From Candidatus Bathyarchaeota archaeon (GTDB lineage Archaea; Thermoproteota; Bathyarchaeia; Bathyarchaeales; Bathycorpusculaceae): DNA of 64,000 nucleotides. Below, piece by piece: positions 19,355-29,989 of this stretch (positions within the stretch are counted from its first letter, which is position 1; the number at the start of each line of letters is the position of its first letter). The notes below the pieces were generated by a model. That model ran no database searches. It saw nothing but the letters and a program-made list of their open reading frames with translations, and was not told where the DNA came from. The position numbers and the translations under genes were made by a program. The stretch lies in the NCBI GenBank assembly GCA_963827165.1, contig CAWGZR010000005.1:480001-544000 (forward strand), written 5' to 3'.

Positions 19355-20155
19355 TTATCCTACTCGGAATGCTCTCATTGAAATTGAACCATGCTGAAAA
19401 CCTTCATGGATAAATTCCAATTTCTCGTTCTTTTGGAGTCCAATCACATAAATCATTGGAAGATAGTGATCTAGTGTGGGCACCGCGTAAATTGCTTCTT
19501 TACCGAGCCTGAGGTAGTCGATGAGGTGACCATGGTTACTTGAAACCAGAGATTGCTTGATTTCATTGTCAAACTTCACTGCCCATTCAACGGGGTCAGC
19601 GTCGATGTCAAAATCGATAAGCCCCAAGTTATGGACGATGTTTCCGCTTCCGATTATAAGCACCCCTTTTTCTCTTAGGGGCGCAAGCTCCGAAGCTAAC
19701 TTGTAATGAAACTCCAAAGGTTTCGGGTTCCAATTGTTATAAGGTGAGTAATCTAAACTCATCTCAAAAACAGGAATATTCGCTAGAGGGTACATATGTT
19801 TCAAGACGGCCCAAGCGGCATGATCCAAACCCCAGTCTCCACATTTTACTTGAGTTGACCTTACCAATTTGATTGTTGCTTCGGCGTCTTCGCTTGAGCC
19901 AGGGGCTGGGTAGTTTAGTCGGTACAGTTCATCTGGAAAACCATAGAAGTCGTAGATGGTCTTTGGTTTGTTGACGCATGTGACGTAGGTGCCGTTTGTT
20001 AGCCAGTGAGCTGATATTACAAGTATTGCTCGTGGCTTAGGGAGCTCTTTCGCAAGTTTGGCTATGCTTTTGGTATAGCTGTTGTCCAAAACTATGTTCA
20101 TGGGTGAACCATGCCCGATGAATAGAACTGGCATTTTTCCAAATGGTTTTGCCAC
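19355..20155 (-). CDS. LigB-type extradiol ring-cleavage dioxygenase (DODA/YgiD family)
   Basis: FIGHGSPM, ISAHW, YDFYGFP, WGLDHAAW, GSGNIVHNL, PTLDHYLP. Confidence 0.92.
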   Translation of the reverse strand: MAKPFGKMPVLFIGHGSPMNIVLDNSYTKSIAKLAKELPKPRAILVISAHWLTNGTYVTCVNKPKTIYDFYGFPDELYRLNYPAPGSSEDAEATIKLVRSTQVKCGDWGLDHAAWAVLKHMYPLANIPVFEMSLDYSPYNNWNPKPLEFHYKLASELAPLREKGVLIIGSGNIVHNLGLIDFDIDADPVEWAVKFDNEIKQSLVSSNHGHLIDYLRLGKEAIYAVPTLDHYLPMIYVIGLQKNEKLEFIHEGFQHGSISMRAFRVG

Positions 20156-20208
20156 TGTATCGACCTCAACAACACATTATGTTGAAGAACACTTTGTTCG
20201 GGCAAGAT

Positions 20209-20481
20209 TTATTTTTTTATTTTATTCGGAAAAACATTTTGATCTGCTTGTTCTTCAATCATCATCAACGTTAAGGTGGATAAAACCCCATTGGTGCTTC
20301 TGACTTTGCCCGTCACGATACCTTTCAGCTGTTCAGCCGTTTCTGCTTTGACCCTTATTATAAGGTCGTAAACCCCGTAGGAAACGTAGGCTTCTTCAAC
20401 AGCTTCGATGGCTTTGAGGTGTTGTAGCACATCTGCTTCCGAGCTGGGAGCGACGTTAAGGAATATGAATGCGCGTACCAT
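20209..20481 (-). CDS. Lrp/AsnC ligand-binding (RAM) domain protein
   Basis: MVRAFIFLNV...VEEAYVSYGVYDLIIRV...VLSTLTLM. Confidence 0.88.
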   Translation of the reverse strand: MVRAFIFLNVAPSSEADVLQHLKAIEAVEEAYVSYGVYDLIIRVKAETAEQLKGIVTGKVRSTNGVLSTLTLMMIEEQADQNVFPNKIKK

Positions 20482-20816
20482 AATTACATCTCAACGTTAT
20501 GTTCAACCAATCATGTCGAAGCTAAAAATGTTGCGCATGAAGCCCAACAAATAGATATTTTCATTAAGTTGGGCGTAGTTTGCACGAGTCAGAATCAATG
20601 GATAAAGTCAAAATGAGACTGAGTGTCAAGCATAATTGAGATTAATCAGGTTGGCGCTAATAGATGTTAACCTTAAAAAGCAAAGATTTTTTTGAATCTA
20701 ACATATAATTCTACAAACGATTTGTAAGCTTTTCTCTTTTTCAACTCTTCCAATGTGTCTAGTTAAAGGGCCAAGATTAAGGCGAAATTCCCCGCCACGT
20801 CGAATGGGAAAGCAGA

Positions 20817-21037
20817 TGGTTAATGAATGCCTCTTGCGGTCGGCCGTTTCAAGCCCAGGAGATCAAAAAGGAAGAACTATATGCTTACGAGTTCCAAGAA
20901 CCCGGAAATCGGGAAAGCTCAGTCGGGGGTACGCGGAAAACTTCCGGGTCACCTACAAATGCGAAAACTGCGGTCATGAATGGACAGAAGTAAATGAAAA
21001 AGCTCTCCATGATCATTTGAAACCTCCTAAACTCTAA
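20817..21037 (+). pseudogene. Frameshifted small Zn-ribbon protein
   Basis: Across frames: MVNEC..CGRPFQAQEIKKEEL ... FRVTYKCENCGHEWTEV, giving two CxxC pairs if two indels are allowed. Confidence 0.4.
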
Positions 21038-21091
21038 ACTGCATGTTTGTCTTTGAACATTTCTTTTGGCGTTTAATTAGCATCGATGGCG

Positions 21092-21853
21092 TTATGATGC
21101 CATTTTATTAAGTGACCATAATCCCCATAAGAACACAAGGAATGCAAGTGCACCGGTGATGACAAAGCCCTCTATAACTCCGATGCTTTGAAAGTTCCCA
21201 GCAAAGAGCGAGCGTGTAGCGTTAACTGCATATGAGAACGGGTTAATCTTCGCTACGTCTTGCAGCCAGATTGGCGCAAGTGCGAGAGGAAGTATAATTC
21301 CCGATAGCAAAGAGACAGGCAATGTTATCGTGTTTAATGTGGGAGCAAGGGCGTCCTCAATTTTGTAAATAAGAGCGAAACCGTACGAAATAGATGCCAT
21401 AGTGAATCCGATTAAAGCGTACAGGACAAGCGAGAGTGAGAAACCGTAAACATTTACATTTAGCCCAAATGGAATGGCAACTAGCGTAATGAGGACGCAT
21501 TGAAGAAGAAGGATGACTGCATCCCTCAGAACCCTGCCTAAGAGGATGGCCGGTCGTTTCGCTGGGGTGACTAAAAAGCGTTCTATAACTCCACTTCTAA
21601 TATCGTCAATAAGTGAAAATCCTACGAAGGCGGTTCCAAAGAGCGCTTGAAGGACTAAGAGTCCAGGAATGAAGACGTCAACTGCTTTTCCCGCTGGAAT
21701 GCCCGGAACTCCGCCTAGTCCATTTAGTAGTGGCATAAACAAAAGCAGGTACATTAAGGGTTGGAACATGCTTACGAAAACAAAAACTGGGCTGCGAAGG
21801 GTGTGTTGCATGTTGCGGATAAACATTAGTTTGGTGTCGCGTAAAAGAGTCAT
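21092..21853 (-). CDS. ABC-2 type exporter permease (DrrB-like)
   Basis: Six-TM pattern, FIPGLLV, GVIERFLVTP, NPFSYAVNATR. Confidence 0.92.
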   Translation of the reverse strand: MTLLRDTKLMFIRNMQHTLRSPVFVFVSMFQPLMYLLLFMPLLNGLGGVPGIPAGKAVDVFIPGLLVLQALFGTAFVGFSLIDDIRSGVIERFLVTPAKRPAILLGRVLRDAVILLLQCVLITLVAIPFGLNVNVYGFSLSLVLYALIGFTMASISYGFALIYKIEDALAPTLNTITLPVSLLSGIILPLALAPIWLQDVAKINPFSYAVNATRSLFAGNFQSIGVIEGFVITGALAFLVFLWGLWSLNKMAS

Positions 21854-22818
21854 TTTATTGTATCCTCCCTGAGTGAACGTCCCGTGTACTTAAGAAAAAC
21901 ATCATCTAAACTTGGTCTAGACAATGTCACACCTTGCGCTTCCAAGCCGTTTGCGTCGAGGGACCGGAGAAGCTCAGGCATAATTCTCTCTCCGTCTTTA
22001 ACAGTGAGATGCACGGCATTATTCTTAGTTAGAATTTTTTCCACCTTAACTTTCTCAGTTAATAAAGTTTCGGACTTGCGAGCGGTCTCCTCAGACGCGA
22101 AAGTAAATACGATCGTGTCGCCACCGACGGAGCTTTTCAATTCGCTAGGCGTTCCAGTTACGACGATTTTCCCATTATCTATTATCGCTATTATGTCGCA
22201 GAGCTTGTCAGCTTCATCCATGTACTGAGTCGTCAAAAAGATGGTGACTCCCGCCTCTTTCAACTTTCTTATTTCTCCCCATAGATACGCTCTGCTTTGA
22301 GGGTCAAGACCTGTCGTAGGTTCATCAAGAAGAAGCAGCTGAGGATGGTGAATCATGCCAAGAGCAATATCTAGTCGGCGCTTTTGGCCGCCTGAATAGG
22401 ATTGGGCTGGTCTCGCTATGAATGAGCTCATCTGGAAACGCTCAATGAATTCGGAGGCATACTTCTTGGCAGTTAAATCATCTAAACCATAAAGTTGAGC
22501 TTGCAGGACCAGGTTCTCAAGCCCTGTGGACGACAGGTCTGCCCCTCCAGCTTGACTGACACAGCCAATGTTCTGCCTAATCTCTTCCTGTTGCGCCGCC
22601 AAGTTGTATCCGAGAACTTTGGCTTCCCCGCCAGTGGGACACAGCAATGTAGAAAGCATTTTTTGAGTGGTGGATTTGCCAGCGCCGTTTGGACCCAGAA
22701 AACCGAAGATTTCCCCTTTCTTGACGCTTAGATCTATGCCTTTAACGGCTTCTACCTCTTTTTTTCCACCTCTACCCTTAGAAATGAAAGTCTTCCTAAG
22801 CCCCATCGTTTGAATCAC
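21850..22818 (-). CDS. ABC exporter ATP-binding protein (DrrA-like)
   Basis: GPNGAGKST, YSGGQKRR, LLDEPTTGLD, PSLDDVFL. Confidence 0.95.
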   Translation of the reverse strand: MIQTMGLRKTFISKGRGGKKEVEAVKGIDLSVKKGEIFGFLGPNGAGKSTTQKMLSTLLCPTGGEAKVLGYNLAAQQEEIRQNIGCVSQAGGADLSSTGLENLVLQAQLYGLDDLTAKKYASEFIERFQMSSFIARPAQSYSGGQKRRLDIALGMIHHPQLLLLDEPTTGLDPQSRAYLWGEIRKLKEAGVTIFLTTQYMDEADKLCDIIAIIDNGKIVVTGTPSELKSSVGGDTIVFTFASEETARKSETLLTEKVKVEKILTKNNAVHLTVKDGERIMPELLRSLDANGLEAQGVTLSRPSLDDVFLKYTGRSLREDTIK

Positions 22819-23026
22819 AAAATCTTCCGTCGTCTTAAGTCACCTGTTAATAGTTGTCAAGCAAACCTTCCTCAGCCCCATACAAAACATCTATTTAAGA
22901 ATTTGTTGCGTGTTCTTGAGTTGTAAAATCTAAAAGTTTTGCGGAGACATTGAAAACTTAATAAATATCTATATATGGCTCTTATTCAGAATGCTTTGAG
23001 TAGAAATAGTTACTATTGGTGAGTGT

Positions 23027-23422
23027 ATGAGTAAACCTGTTGACGTCGGAGAATTACGCGTTGGCGGCTATATGATGATTGAAGGCGAACCCTGCCGCAT
23101 TGTTGACATCGCCAAATCTAAACCGGGAAAACACGGATCCGCAAAAGCCAGAATTGTGGCAATAGGTGTGTTTGACAAGCAGAAGCGACAGTTCGTTAAG
23201 CCAGTTGATCTCGGCGCAGAAGTTCCGATAATTGATAAGAGGGCTGGTCAAGTTTTCGCTGTTAATCCGACTGGGATACAGATTATGGACCTGGAAACTT
23301 ACGAGTACATCGACGCTCCCTTCCCAGATGAGGAAGAAGTCCCCAAAGCCAAGCTTGTTGCCGGCACCGAAATCGAATACTGGAAAATATTGGGCAGAGT
23401 AAAAATCGTCCGAGCCAAATAA
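23027..23422 (+). CDS. eif5a: Translation factor aIF5A
   Basis: SKPGKHGSAKARI hypusine motif. Confidence 0.97.
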   Translation: MSKPVDVGELRVGGYMMIEGEPCRIVDIAKSKPGKHGSAKARIVAIGVFDKQKRQFVKPVDLGAEVPIIDKRAGQVFAVNPTGIQIMDLETYEYIDAPFPDEEEVPKAKLVAGTEIEYWKILGRVKIVRAK

Positions 23423-23671
23423 ATTAGCTGACGATTTTTCTTTTCTTCCGAAATATTAATTTTACATTTATTTCCTGTTGGCATGCATGTTGAAAAGCAT
23501 CAATTCAACATACAAAAGTGTGCGTGCTGATTTAATGTCGGGGTAGTTTGTTTCGTAATTAGAAACCTATTGGTGCATCTTTTGGATCAGAGGTAGAATG
23601 TGCATTTCAAACAGGATGGAAAAAGGGTCAAGCGGTGAATTTGTGGTCAGAAACCATCACAAAAATGGGTT

Positions 23672-23869
23672 TTAGCTCCACCATTTCCAATCAAGCCATC
23701 TAAAAGCGACGTAGAGCGCCAGAAGAATTAGTCCCCAACTTAACGCGACACCTGAAATGACTAATGCAATGTTGTGAAGGTAAGTGTAAAAGGCCCACAT
23801 GTCAAAAACAGCTGGACCGAAAAGAAGCAAAAAGAAGATTGCCGCATGAATTAAACGCTCAGTATTCAA
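23672..23869 (-). CDS. Small two-TM membrane protein
   Basis: AGGTG SD before TTG; two hydrophobic helices. Confidence 0.5.
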   Translation of the reverse strand: MNTERLIHAAIFFLLLFGPAVFDMWAFYTYLHNIALVISGVALSWGLILLALYVAFRWLDWKWWS

Positions 23870-23955
23870 CCGCTAACACCTAACCACTGATATGTGTCCC
23901 TGCTTGTTAAAAGATTTTTCATCAACGTTTATTTTCCAGATGAAGCTTTTTTAAG

Positions 23956-24025
23956 TGAAGCCAATGATGCATGAAGAGCCGTCTGAATAGTGAAGAACAA
24001 ATAATATGGGGAAACTGAGGCTTCA
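23956..24025 (+). ncRNA. C/D-box methylation guide sRNA
   Basis: 7-bp terminal stem TGAAGCC/GGCTTCA; C box ATGATGC 23964; D' CTGA 23983; C' GTGAAGA 23990; D CTGA 24015; D' guide GAAGAGCCG complementary to conserved 23S CGGCUCUUC. Confidence 0.75.
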
Positions 24026-24130
24026 AACCAAACGGCATCTAATATGTGGTTGATTTAGGTGTTTTCTTGAGGTTTACGCTGCAATATTTATCTAAAGGAA
24101 CCGCAGCTTGATTATGACTGAGAGACTCCG

Positions 24131-25483
24131 ATGTCACTTGACAAATTAAGTTCTTCCTTAACCGACGCCATAAAGAAGCTTTTCAAGGCAGGTGTAGTGG
24201 ACGAAGCCACAGTGAAGGAACTTGTCCGCGACATACAGAGGGCGCTTCTTCAAGCCGACGTTAACGTCCAACTTGTCCTAGATATCTCCAAACGAATAGA
24301 AGATCGCGCCTTAAAAGAGAAAGTTCCACCAGGAATCTCAAGACGCGAACATATCATAAAAGTAGTGTATGAAGAACTCACGCGCTTCGTAGGCGACAAA
24401 CCCGTCCCTATCAAGATGGAGCCCGGCAAAAGGAAAATAATAATGCTCGTAGGGATCCAAGGTTCTGGCAAAACCACGCAAGCATCCAAACTTGCACGGT
24501 ACTACCAGAAAAGAGGCCTAAAACCCGCCTTGATTTGCGCTGACACTTATCGTCCAGGCGCTTTTGCTCAGCTTCAGCAACTGGCAAACAGAATAAACAT
24601 GCCTATTTACGGAGATATCACGTGCAAAGACCCAGTGAAAGTTGTCCGTGAAGGGCTAAAACAATTCGTTGGCAAAGACCTAATAATCGTTGATACAGCG
24701 GGCAGACACAAAGAGGAAAAAGATCTAATCAAAGAGATGAAGGATCTGGAGAAAAACATCAAGCCTGACGAAGTTATAATGGTTATCGACGGAACAATTG
24801 GTCAGCAAGCACTTATTCAAGCAAAAACGTTCCATGAAGCAACACCCATCGGCGCAATCATCGTCACTAAACTCGACGGCTCCTCACGCGGCGGCGGGGC
24901 GTTGTCAGCGGTTGCTGCAACAGGCGCACCCATAAAGTTCATCGGGACAGGTGAAAAAATCGAAGATATCGAGCCGTTTATTCCCTCCCGTTTTGTCGGT
25001 CGACTCTTGGGTATGGGCGATCTAGAAACGCTGCTGGAAAAGGTACATGACGCCGAAATCAAAGTGCCTCAGAAGAAAGCTAAAGAAATCCTCAGCGGCA
25101 AATTCACTTTAACAGACATGTACGAACAGTTCCAAGCGGTCAAAAAAATGGGGCCATTCAGCAAAGTGCTCAAAATGCTTCCAGGCATGTCTTCTGCAAA
25201 TGTGCCGCAAGAAATGCTCAACACAGCCGAAGGTCGTCTTGAAAAATGGGGCGTCATAATTCAATCGATGACGCCTCAAGAACGGGAAAACCCAAAACTG
25301 CTTAACTCGTCAAGGGCAAAGCGTGTGGCGCACGGTTCAGGAGCAACCGAAAAAGAAGTCAAGGAACTTCTTAAGCAATACGTTATGATGCGTAAAATGC
25401 TAAAGATGATGAAACGCAAGAAGAAATTGCCATTTGGACTCGGTGGCCAAGGCGGCATGCCCGCGAATTTTCCAGTAGGCTAA
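24131..25483 (+). CDS. srp54: Signal recognition particle protein SRP54
   Basis: [25 protein letters not shown], Met-rich M domain. Confidence 0.98.
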   Translation: MSLDKLSSSLTDAIKKLFKAGVVDEATVKELVRDIQRALLQADVNVQLVLDISKRIEDRALKEKVPPGISRREHIIKVVYEELTRFVGDKPVPIKMEPGKRKIIMLVGIQGSGKTTQASKLARYYQKRGLKPALICADTYRPGAFAQLQQLANRINMPIYGDITCKDPVKVVREGLKQFVGKDLIIVDTAGRHKEEKDLIKEMKDLEKNIKPDEVIMVIDGTIGQQALIQAKTFHEATPIGAIIVTKLDGSSRGGGALSAVAATGAPIKFIGTGEKIEDIEPFIPSRFVGRLLGMGDLETLLEKVHDAEIKVPQKKAKEILSGKFTLTDMYEQFQAVKKMGPFSKVLKMLPGMSSANVPQEMLNTAEGRLEKWGVIIQSMTPQERENPKLLNSSRAKRVAHGSGATEKEVKELLKQYVMMRKMLKMMKRKKKLPFGLGGQGGMPANFPVG

Positions 25484-25488
25484 GCGAC

Positions 25489-26820
25489 ATGGGTGTTCTT
25501 GAAAAAGCGCTTGAACTTCTTAGCAAATACCCCCTTTGCGACCACTGCCTTGGCAGACAATTCGCGTTGTTGGGGTACTGCATGGAAAACAACTTTAGGG
25601 GCTCAGCCCTTAAAGTCACATTAATCTTGCAAGCATCCGACCTTGCAAAAGAAGGTAATCCAGACGGCGTCAAGCGACTTAAAATCTTGGCGGGCAATGG
25701 ATTTTCAAAGGAAGCAAAAGAAACACTGCGACATCTCAAAAAGCGTGTCGCAAAAGTCTCCGATGACACAAAATGCTTTCTCTGCGAAGGAAAATTCGAG
25801 CTTCTTGATGAGTTAACTGAGAAATCTGTTGCCTCCATGCTGGGCTATGAATTTACTACGTTTTTAGTGGGAATCGAGCTGCCGGTAAAGGTTGAGGAAC
25901 GCGAAGACGAGTTCAAAGCTGCCTTAAACCTTGGCTACGGCGAAAGCATAAAGCATGAATTTGGACGCCTATTCGGCAAGTCCATTGCGTCCTGTACCGG
26001 TAAAGAAGCAGAATACTTGAAACCCGACTTAGTCGCGGTAATTAATCCTTTCAAGGAAACGGTTCAGCTTCAAGTTAACCCTCTTTTTGTCGCTGGCAGA
26101 TACCGCAAACTAGTACGCGACATTCCACAGTCGAAATGGTTCTGCTCAAGCTGCCGCGGAAAAGGCTGCGCGAAATGCGGTGGAACTGGAAAACTCTACC
26201 CTGAATCGGTTGAGGAATTATCTTCCGCTCCTTTGATGGAAGCAACTAAAGGTGAAAAAACAGCGTTTCATGCTTCAGGTCGCGAAGATATCGACGCTAG
26301 GATGCTAGGAACTGGACGACCCTTCGTTATCGAAATTTCAAGACCCAGAAAACGTTTTTTTGACTTAAAGGAAATTGAAAATAAAATCAATGCTGACGCC
26401 ACGGGGAAGGTCCAAGTTTCGCGGTTACGGTTCGCCAGCAAGGACGTGGTTAGGCGCCTCAAGAAAGGCGAATGTTCGCAAAAAAAGTATCGTTTGTTAG
26501 CGGAGTTTGAAAAAGAGGTTTCTGAAGAGGACTTGCACATGTTGCAAGAGAAGCTTAGCGGTGCTTTAATCAAGCAACAAACGCCTCTTCGCGTCGTGCA
26601 TAGAAGGGCGGATTTGATCCGAGAAAGGTACATATATAAGTTTAAAGTTAGGAAGGTGTCGCTTAAGAGGGCTCTGTTTGAAATTTATTGCCAGGGCGGC
26701 CTCTACGTTAAAGAATTGGTGTCTGGAGATGAAGGAAGAACAAACCCAAACGTTTCGGATCTGCTTGGAAACAGAGCGAAGACGCTTAAGCTTGACGTTT
26801 TAAAAGTCATGGTGGAATAA
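25489..26820 (+). CDS. pus10: tRNA pseudouridine(54/55) synthase Pus10
   Basis: LCDHCLGRQF, GRYRKLVRDIPQ, FHASGREDIDARMLG, GGLYVKELVSGD. Confidence 0.95.
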   Translation: MGVLEKALELLSKYPLCDHCLGRQFALLGYCMENNFRGSALKVTLILQASDLAKEGNPDGVKRLKILAGNGFSKEAKETLRHLKKRVAKVSDDTKCFLCEGKFELLDELTEKSVASMLGYEFTTFLVGIELPVKVEEREDEFKAALNLGYGESIKHEFGRLFGKSIASCTGKEAEYLKPDLVAVINPFKETVQLQVNPLFVAGRYRKLVRDIPQSKWFCSSCRGKGCAKCGGTGKLYPESVEELSSAPLMEATKGEKTAFHASGREDIDARMLGTGRPFVIEISRPRKRFFDLKEIENKINADATGKVQVSRLRFASKDVVRRLKKGECSQKKYRLLAEFEKEVSEEDLHMLQEKLSGALIKQQTPLRVVHRRADLIRERYIYKFKVRKVSLKRALFEIYCQGGLYVKELVSGDEGRTNPNVSDLLGNRAKTLKLDVLKVMVE

Positions 26821-26838
26821 TTAAAAGGTGAAATTTGG

Positions 26839-27144
26839 ATGAGAGGTTCAAAAGGTTATTATGCTGGTACTCGCAGCCTGCTGAGAAAGCCAATCAGGGA
26901 AAGAGGAAAACCAAAAATTAGAAAGATACTCCAGGACTATCCGTCTGGGTCACAAGTGATAATAAAGATGGATTCCAGCACACAGAAGAGTATGCCTCAT
27001 AAACGTTTCCATGGGAAGATAGGGACAGTTAAAGAAAAGCGTGGCCGAGGGTACGTTATTACAGTACCGCAAGGAAACAGCATCAAAGAAATAATTGTTC
27101 GCAGCGAGCATTTAGAACCCTATATGGGTAGTGGAACAGAATGA
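26839..27144 (+). CDS. rpl21e: 50S ribosomal protein L21e
   Basis: MPHKRFHGKIG, IIVRSEHL. Confidence 0.96.
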   Translation: MRGSKGYYAGTRSLLRKPIRERGKPKIRKILQDYPSGSQVIIKMDSSTQKSMPHKRFHGKIGTVKEKRGRGYVITVPQGNSIKEIIVRSEHLEPYMGSGTE

Positions 27145-27479
27145 GTAAAAGAGAAGTAAGCGAAAGCCGATTAACGTTGCCGCAAGTCAAGAAACTTTTA
27201 GAAACGATAGGTGAGGAAAACCTAGACCAGTTTCAACGGCGAACGCTGGATTACGTGAACAAGTTTTCTAAAGCTGATTCTGAGAAGGCGGAAGAGCTCT
27301 TGCAGATTCTTGTGAAGGAATACGAGATTGATGAGGCTGAAGCGATCCAGATCATAAATTGCATGCCTGAAACAGTTGATGAGCTGCGCGTTTTCTTAGC
27401 TGGCGGTCGGAAGATTATAGAAACCACGAAATTGCGGGCAATCGTTGACTTGTTGAATGAGAATAGGACTTTGAAGTAG
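27141..27479 (+). CDS. rpo4: RNA polymerase subunit Rpo4 (RpoF)
   Basis: QRRTLDYVNKFSK, IINCMPETVDELRVFL; conserved rpl21e-rpo4-DUF655-rsmA order. Confidence 0.92.
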   Translation: MSKREVSESRLTLPQVKKLLETIGEENLDQFQRRTLDYVNKFSKADSEKAEELLQILVKEYEIDEAEAIQIINCMPETVDELRVFLAGGRKIIETTKLRAIVDLLNENRTLK

Positions 27480-27542
27480 CCTAAAACGGCTAAGTATTTT
27501 TAAGCAGATAAGCACAATTACCTATAGGCTTAGTGACTACTA

Positions 27543-28109
27543 ATGGAAAAGCGGTATGAAGAGTACGCTTACGTACTAGATTTCCTGTCCCACGGCAAAC
27601 CGGGTTTCCGTCCAACCGGGCGTGCGGGTTACAGAGCGGGCGCTTTGATTCAATCTGTCGGCGAAGAATTTTTTACACTTTTAGAGGCTTTGGTTAAGGA
27701 GGGTCTAATGCTAAAGCCCGGTGACCGCGTTTATGTTGGGAAAGATTCACGTTCAGAGGTTACTTACATTATTGGGAGAGTCAGTTACGAAGAGTTGACT
27801 GCATCGGCCAAGGCGGAGCTTCCAAGCGTGATAAACCGCATTGTGCTCAACAGGGAGAAATGGTTTGTGAACTTTTTCAACACCGCGCGGGCAGTCACCC
27901 CCCGCATGCACGCTTTGGAACTGGTGCCTGGAATCGGAAAAAAATACATGTGGCAAGTTATCAACGAAAGAACACGCAAGCCCTTCGAAAGTTTTGAAGA
28001 CCTGCAGAAGCGAACTGAGCTGCCTAACCCCGTAAAATTGATTACAAAGCGGGTTATGGAAGAACTTGAAGGCGACAGCAAATATCGCCTTTTCACGCGG
28101 GCGCAGTAA
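27543..28109 (+). CDS. DUF655 family OB-fold/HhH protein
   Basis: EEYAYVLDFL, GEEFFTLLE, RMHALELVPGIGKK. Confidence 0.92.
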   Translation: MEKRYEEYAYVLDFLSHGKPGFRPTGRAGYRAGALIQSVGEEFFTLLEALVKEGLMLKPGDRVYVGKDSRSEVTYIIGRVSYEELTASAKAELPSVINRIVLNREKWFVNFFNTARAVTPRMHALELVPGIGKKYMWQVINERTRKPFESFEDLQKRTELPNPVKLITKRVMEELEGDSKYRLFTRAQ

Positions 28110-28119
28110 GGCAAAACTG

Positions 28120-28935
28120 ATGAGCCTTGAAGAGACGAAGCAACTGCTTCGAAATCACCGAATCGTCCCTAACAAGCTTCTTGGGCAACACTTCATGGTT
28201 GAACCCGTAATCTACAGCAAGCTGTGCACTTATGCCACTTGATTTTTCTGATGTTGTGTTGGATGCTGGGGCAGGCTTCGGTTTTTTAAGCTGTTTCTTA
28301 GCTGACAAGTGCAAAGCTGTAATTGCAGTTGAAAAAGACCCGAAAGTGGCAGCGGTACTTCACGTTCAACTCAAAGACTTTGACAATGTGACGGTTGTAG
28401 AAGGGGATGTCTTGAAGACTGAGTTACCACAATTTAATAAGGTAATAGCAATTCCTCCATACTGCCTCTCTACCCATCTTGTAACGTGGCTTGTCGAACG
28501 AAAATTAGATTGCGCAATTATCATTATCCAGAAAGAATTCGCTGAGAAGCTAGTGCCTCGGCGGGAAACGAGGATTACGGCTGGTTAACTGTCCAAACTT
28601 ACTTGCACTCAGAGGCTCAGCTCTTGGACTCCATTCCCAAAGAAATGTTTTTCCCCGAGCCAAAAGTTGACTCCGTAATTGTTCGGCTAAAGCCTTGGAT
28701 TAAAAGCCCATTCGAAGTAAGGGACGAAGTCTTCTTCAAGAAAGTTACAAAATGGCTTTTCACTCAACGCAACAAAAAGTTATGCAAAGCAATTGTTCCG
28801 TTTTTGAAAACCAACTTAAATTTGAGCAAACAAGAGGCGGGAAATTAGCTGCCACATTACCCTTTCATGATAAGCGCCCAAGAGAGCTGACGCCTGAACT
28901 GTTTCGGAGAATTAGCCAATGCAATCCCCCGTTAA
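28120..28935 (+). CDS. rsmA: 16S rRNA adenine dimethyltransferase RsmA/KsgA, broken by about four indels
   Basis: NKLLGQHFMV, VLDAGAGFGFL, VEGDVLK, IQKEFAEKL, FFPEPKVDS, ELTPE across frames; shifts near 28235, 28555, 28840, 28903. Confidence 0.85.
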
Positions 28936-29535
28936 AAGAATACATTTTAACAATTACGTTTTTGACGTTTCTGAAAACGTTTACGAGCCTGCTGAGGATT
29001 CTTTTCTTTTCGCTGAAAATCTCGAAGTAAGACAAGGAGCGAAAGTGCTGGATGTCGGCGCCGGCTGTGGCATCCTTGGCGTGCTCGCAGCGGAAAACGC
29101 AGCTTCAGTCCTTGCTGTTGACTTAAATCCATTTGCTCTTCGTTGTGCAAAAGAAAACTCCGTGCTCAATAAACAAGACGACAAAATAGCTTTCCTGCAA
29201 GCTGACCTGCTTACTGCTTTTGACGCGAAAGCAAAATTTGATTTAATCCTCTTCAACGCACCCTACCTTCCAGCAGAGGAGTACGAAACTGAAACTTGGA
29301 TAGGACGTTCTTGGGCAGGGGGAATCAACGGACGACAAGTTATTGACCGTTTTATTTGCCAAGTTCAACCCCACCTGACGACAAGCGGTCAAGTTCTTAT
29401 TAATGCAATCGACGCTCGCGGATGTTGAAGAGACAATACGTGAATTCGGCAAGAACAAGACTGGATGCGAGAGTCAAGGCGGAACTTAGCCTTCCCTTCT
29501 TTGAAACTCTGGTTCTCATTAAAGCAGAAAACTGA
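28919..29535 (+). CDS. HemK2/MTQ2-family methyltransferase, two C-terminal indels
   Basis: VYEPAEDSFL, LDVGAGCG, FNAPYLP, WAGGINGR; alternative frames give MQSTLADVEE and LPFFETLVLIKAEN*. Confidence 0.85.
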
Positions 29536-29606
29536 GCCCCTGGTTTGTTTCGCCTGTGAAAAGCAAATTAAGGGTGTTGCGCATTGGTTACTTTGGTGAT
29601 TTCAGC

Positions 29607-29936
29607 ATGACAATTTGGTTTTACGTTAAGACAAACGATGATCCAAAAGTTGTGGGAGAAGTCGTGTGTGCCTTCAATTTTGAGCAAGGGGAGCACCCGC
29701 AGGATCAATATTCTTGGCTTTTGGAGCCTGGCAGAGATGAGCCTGGCTACTGGGAAATCAAAGGAAAATATGCAGTTCTAAAAGACCTCACTGAAATCGG
29801 CATCGTTTACAGGATTGGCGATAGTGTGGTTTTCGCGGAAATAGAAGATTACTTATCACCTGATTTTGCCGACCCTCTCATAACCAAATACGGGTTCGAC
29901 AACGTTAAGTGGATAGTTGTTCCGGGAAGACGATAA
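29607..29936 (+). CDS. Hypothetical protein
   Basis: GGTGA SD before ATG; 109-aa globular-looking ORF. Confidence 0.7.
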   Translation: MTIWFYVKTNDDPKVVGEVVCAFNFEQGEHPQDQYSWLLEPGRDEPGYWEIKGKYAVLKDLTEIGIVYRIGDSVVFAEIEDYLSPDFADPLITKYGFDNVKWIVVPGRR

Positions 29937-29989
29937 TATCGCTTATCACTTTTTTTGCTCCAGTTGCTTTACTTTACATGGGATTGCTT

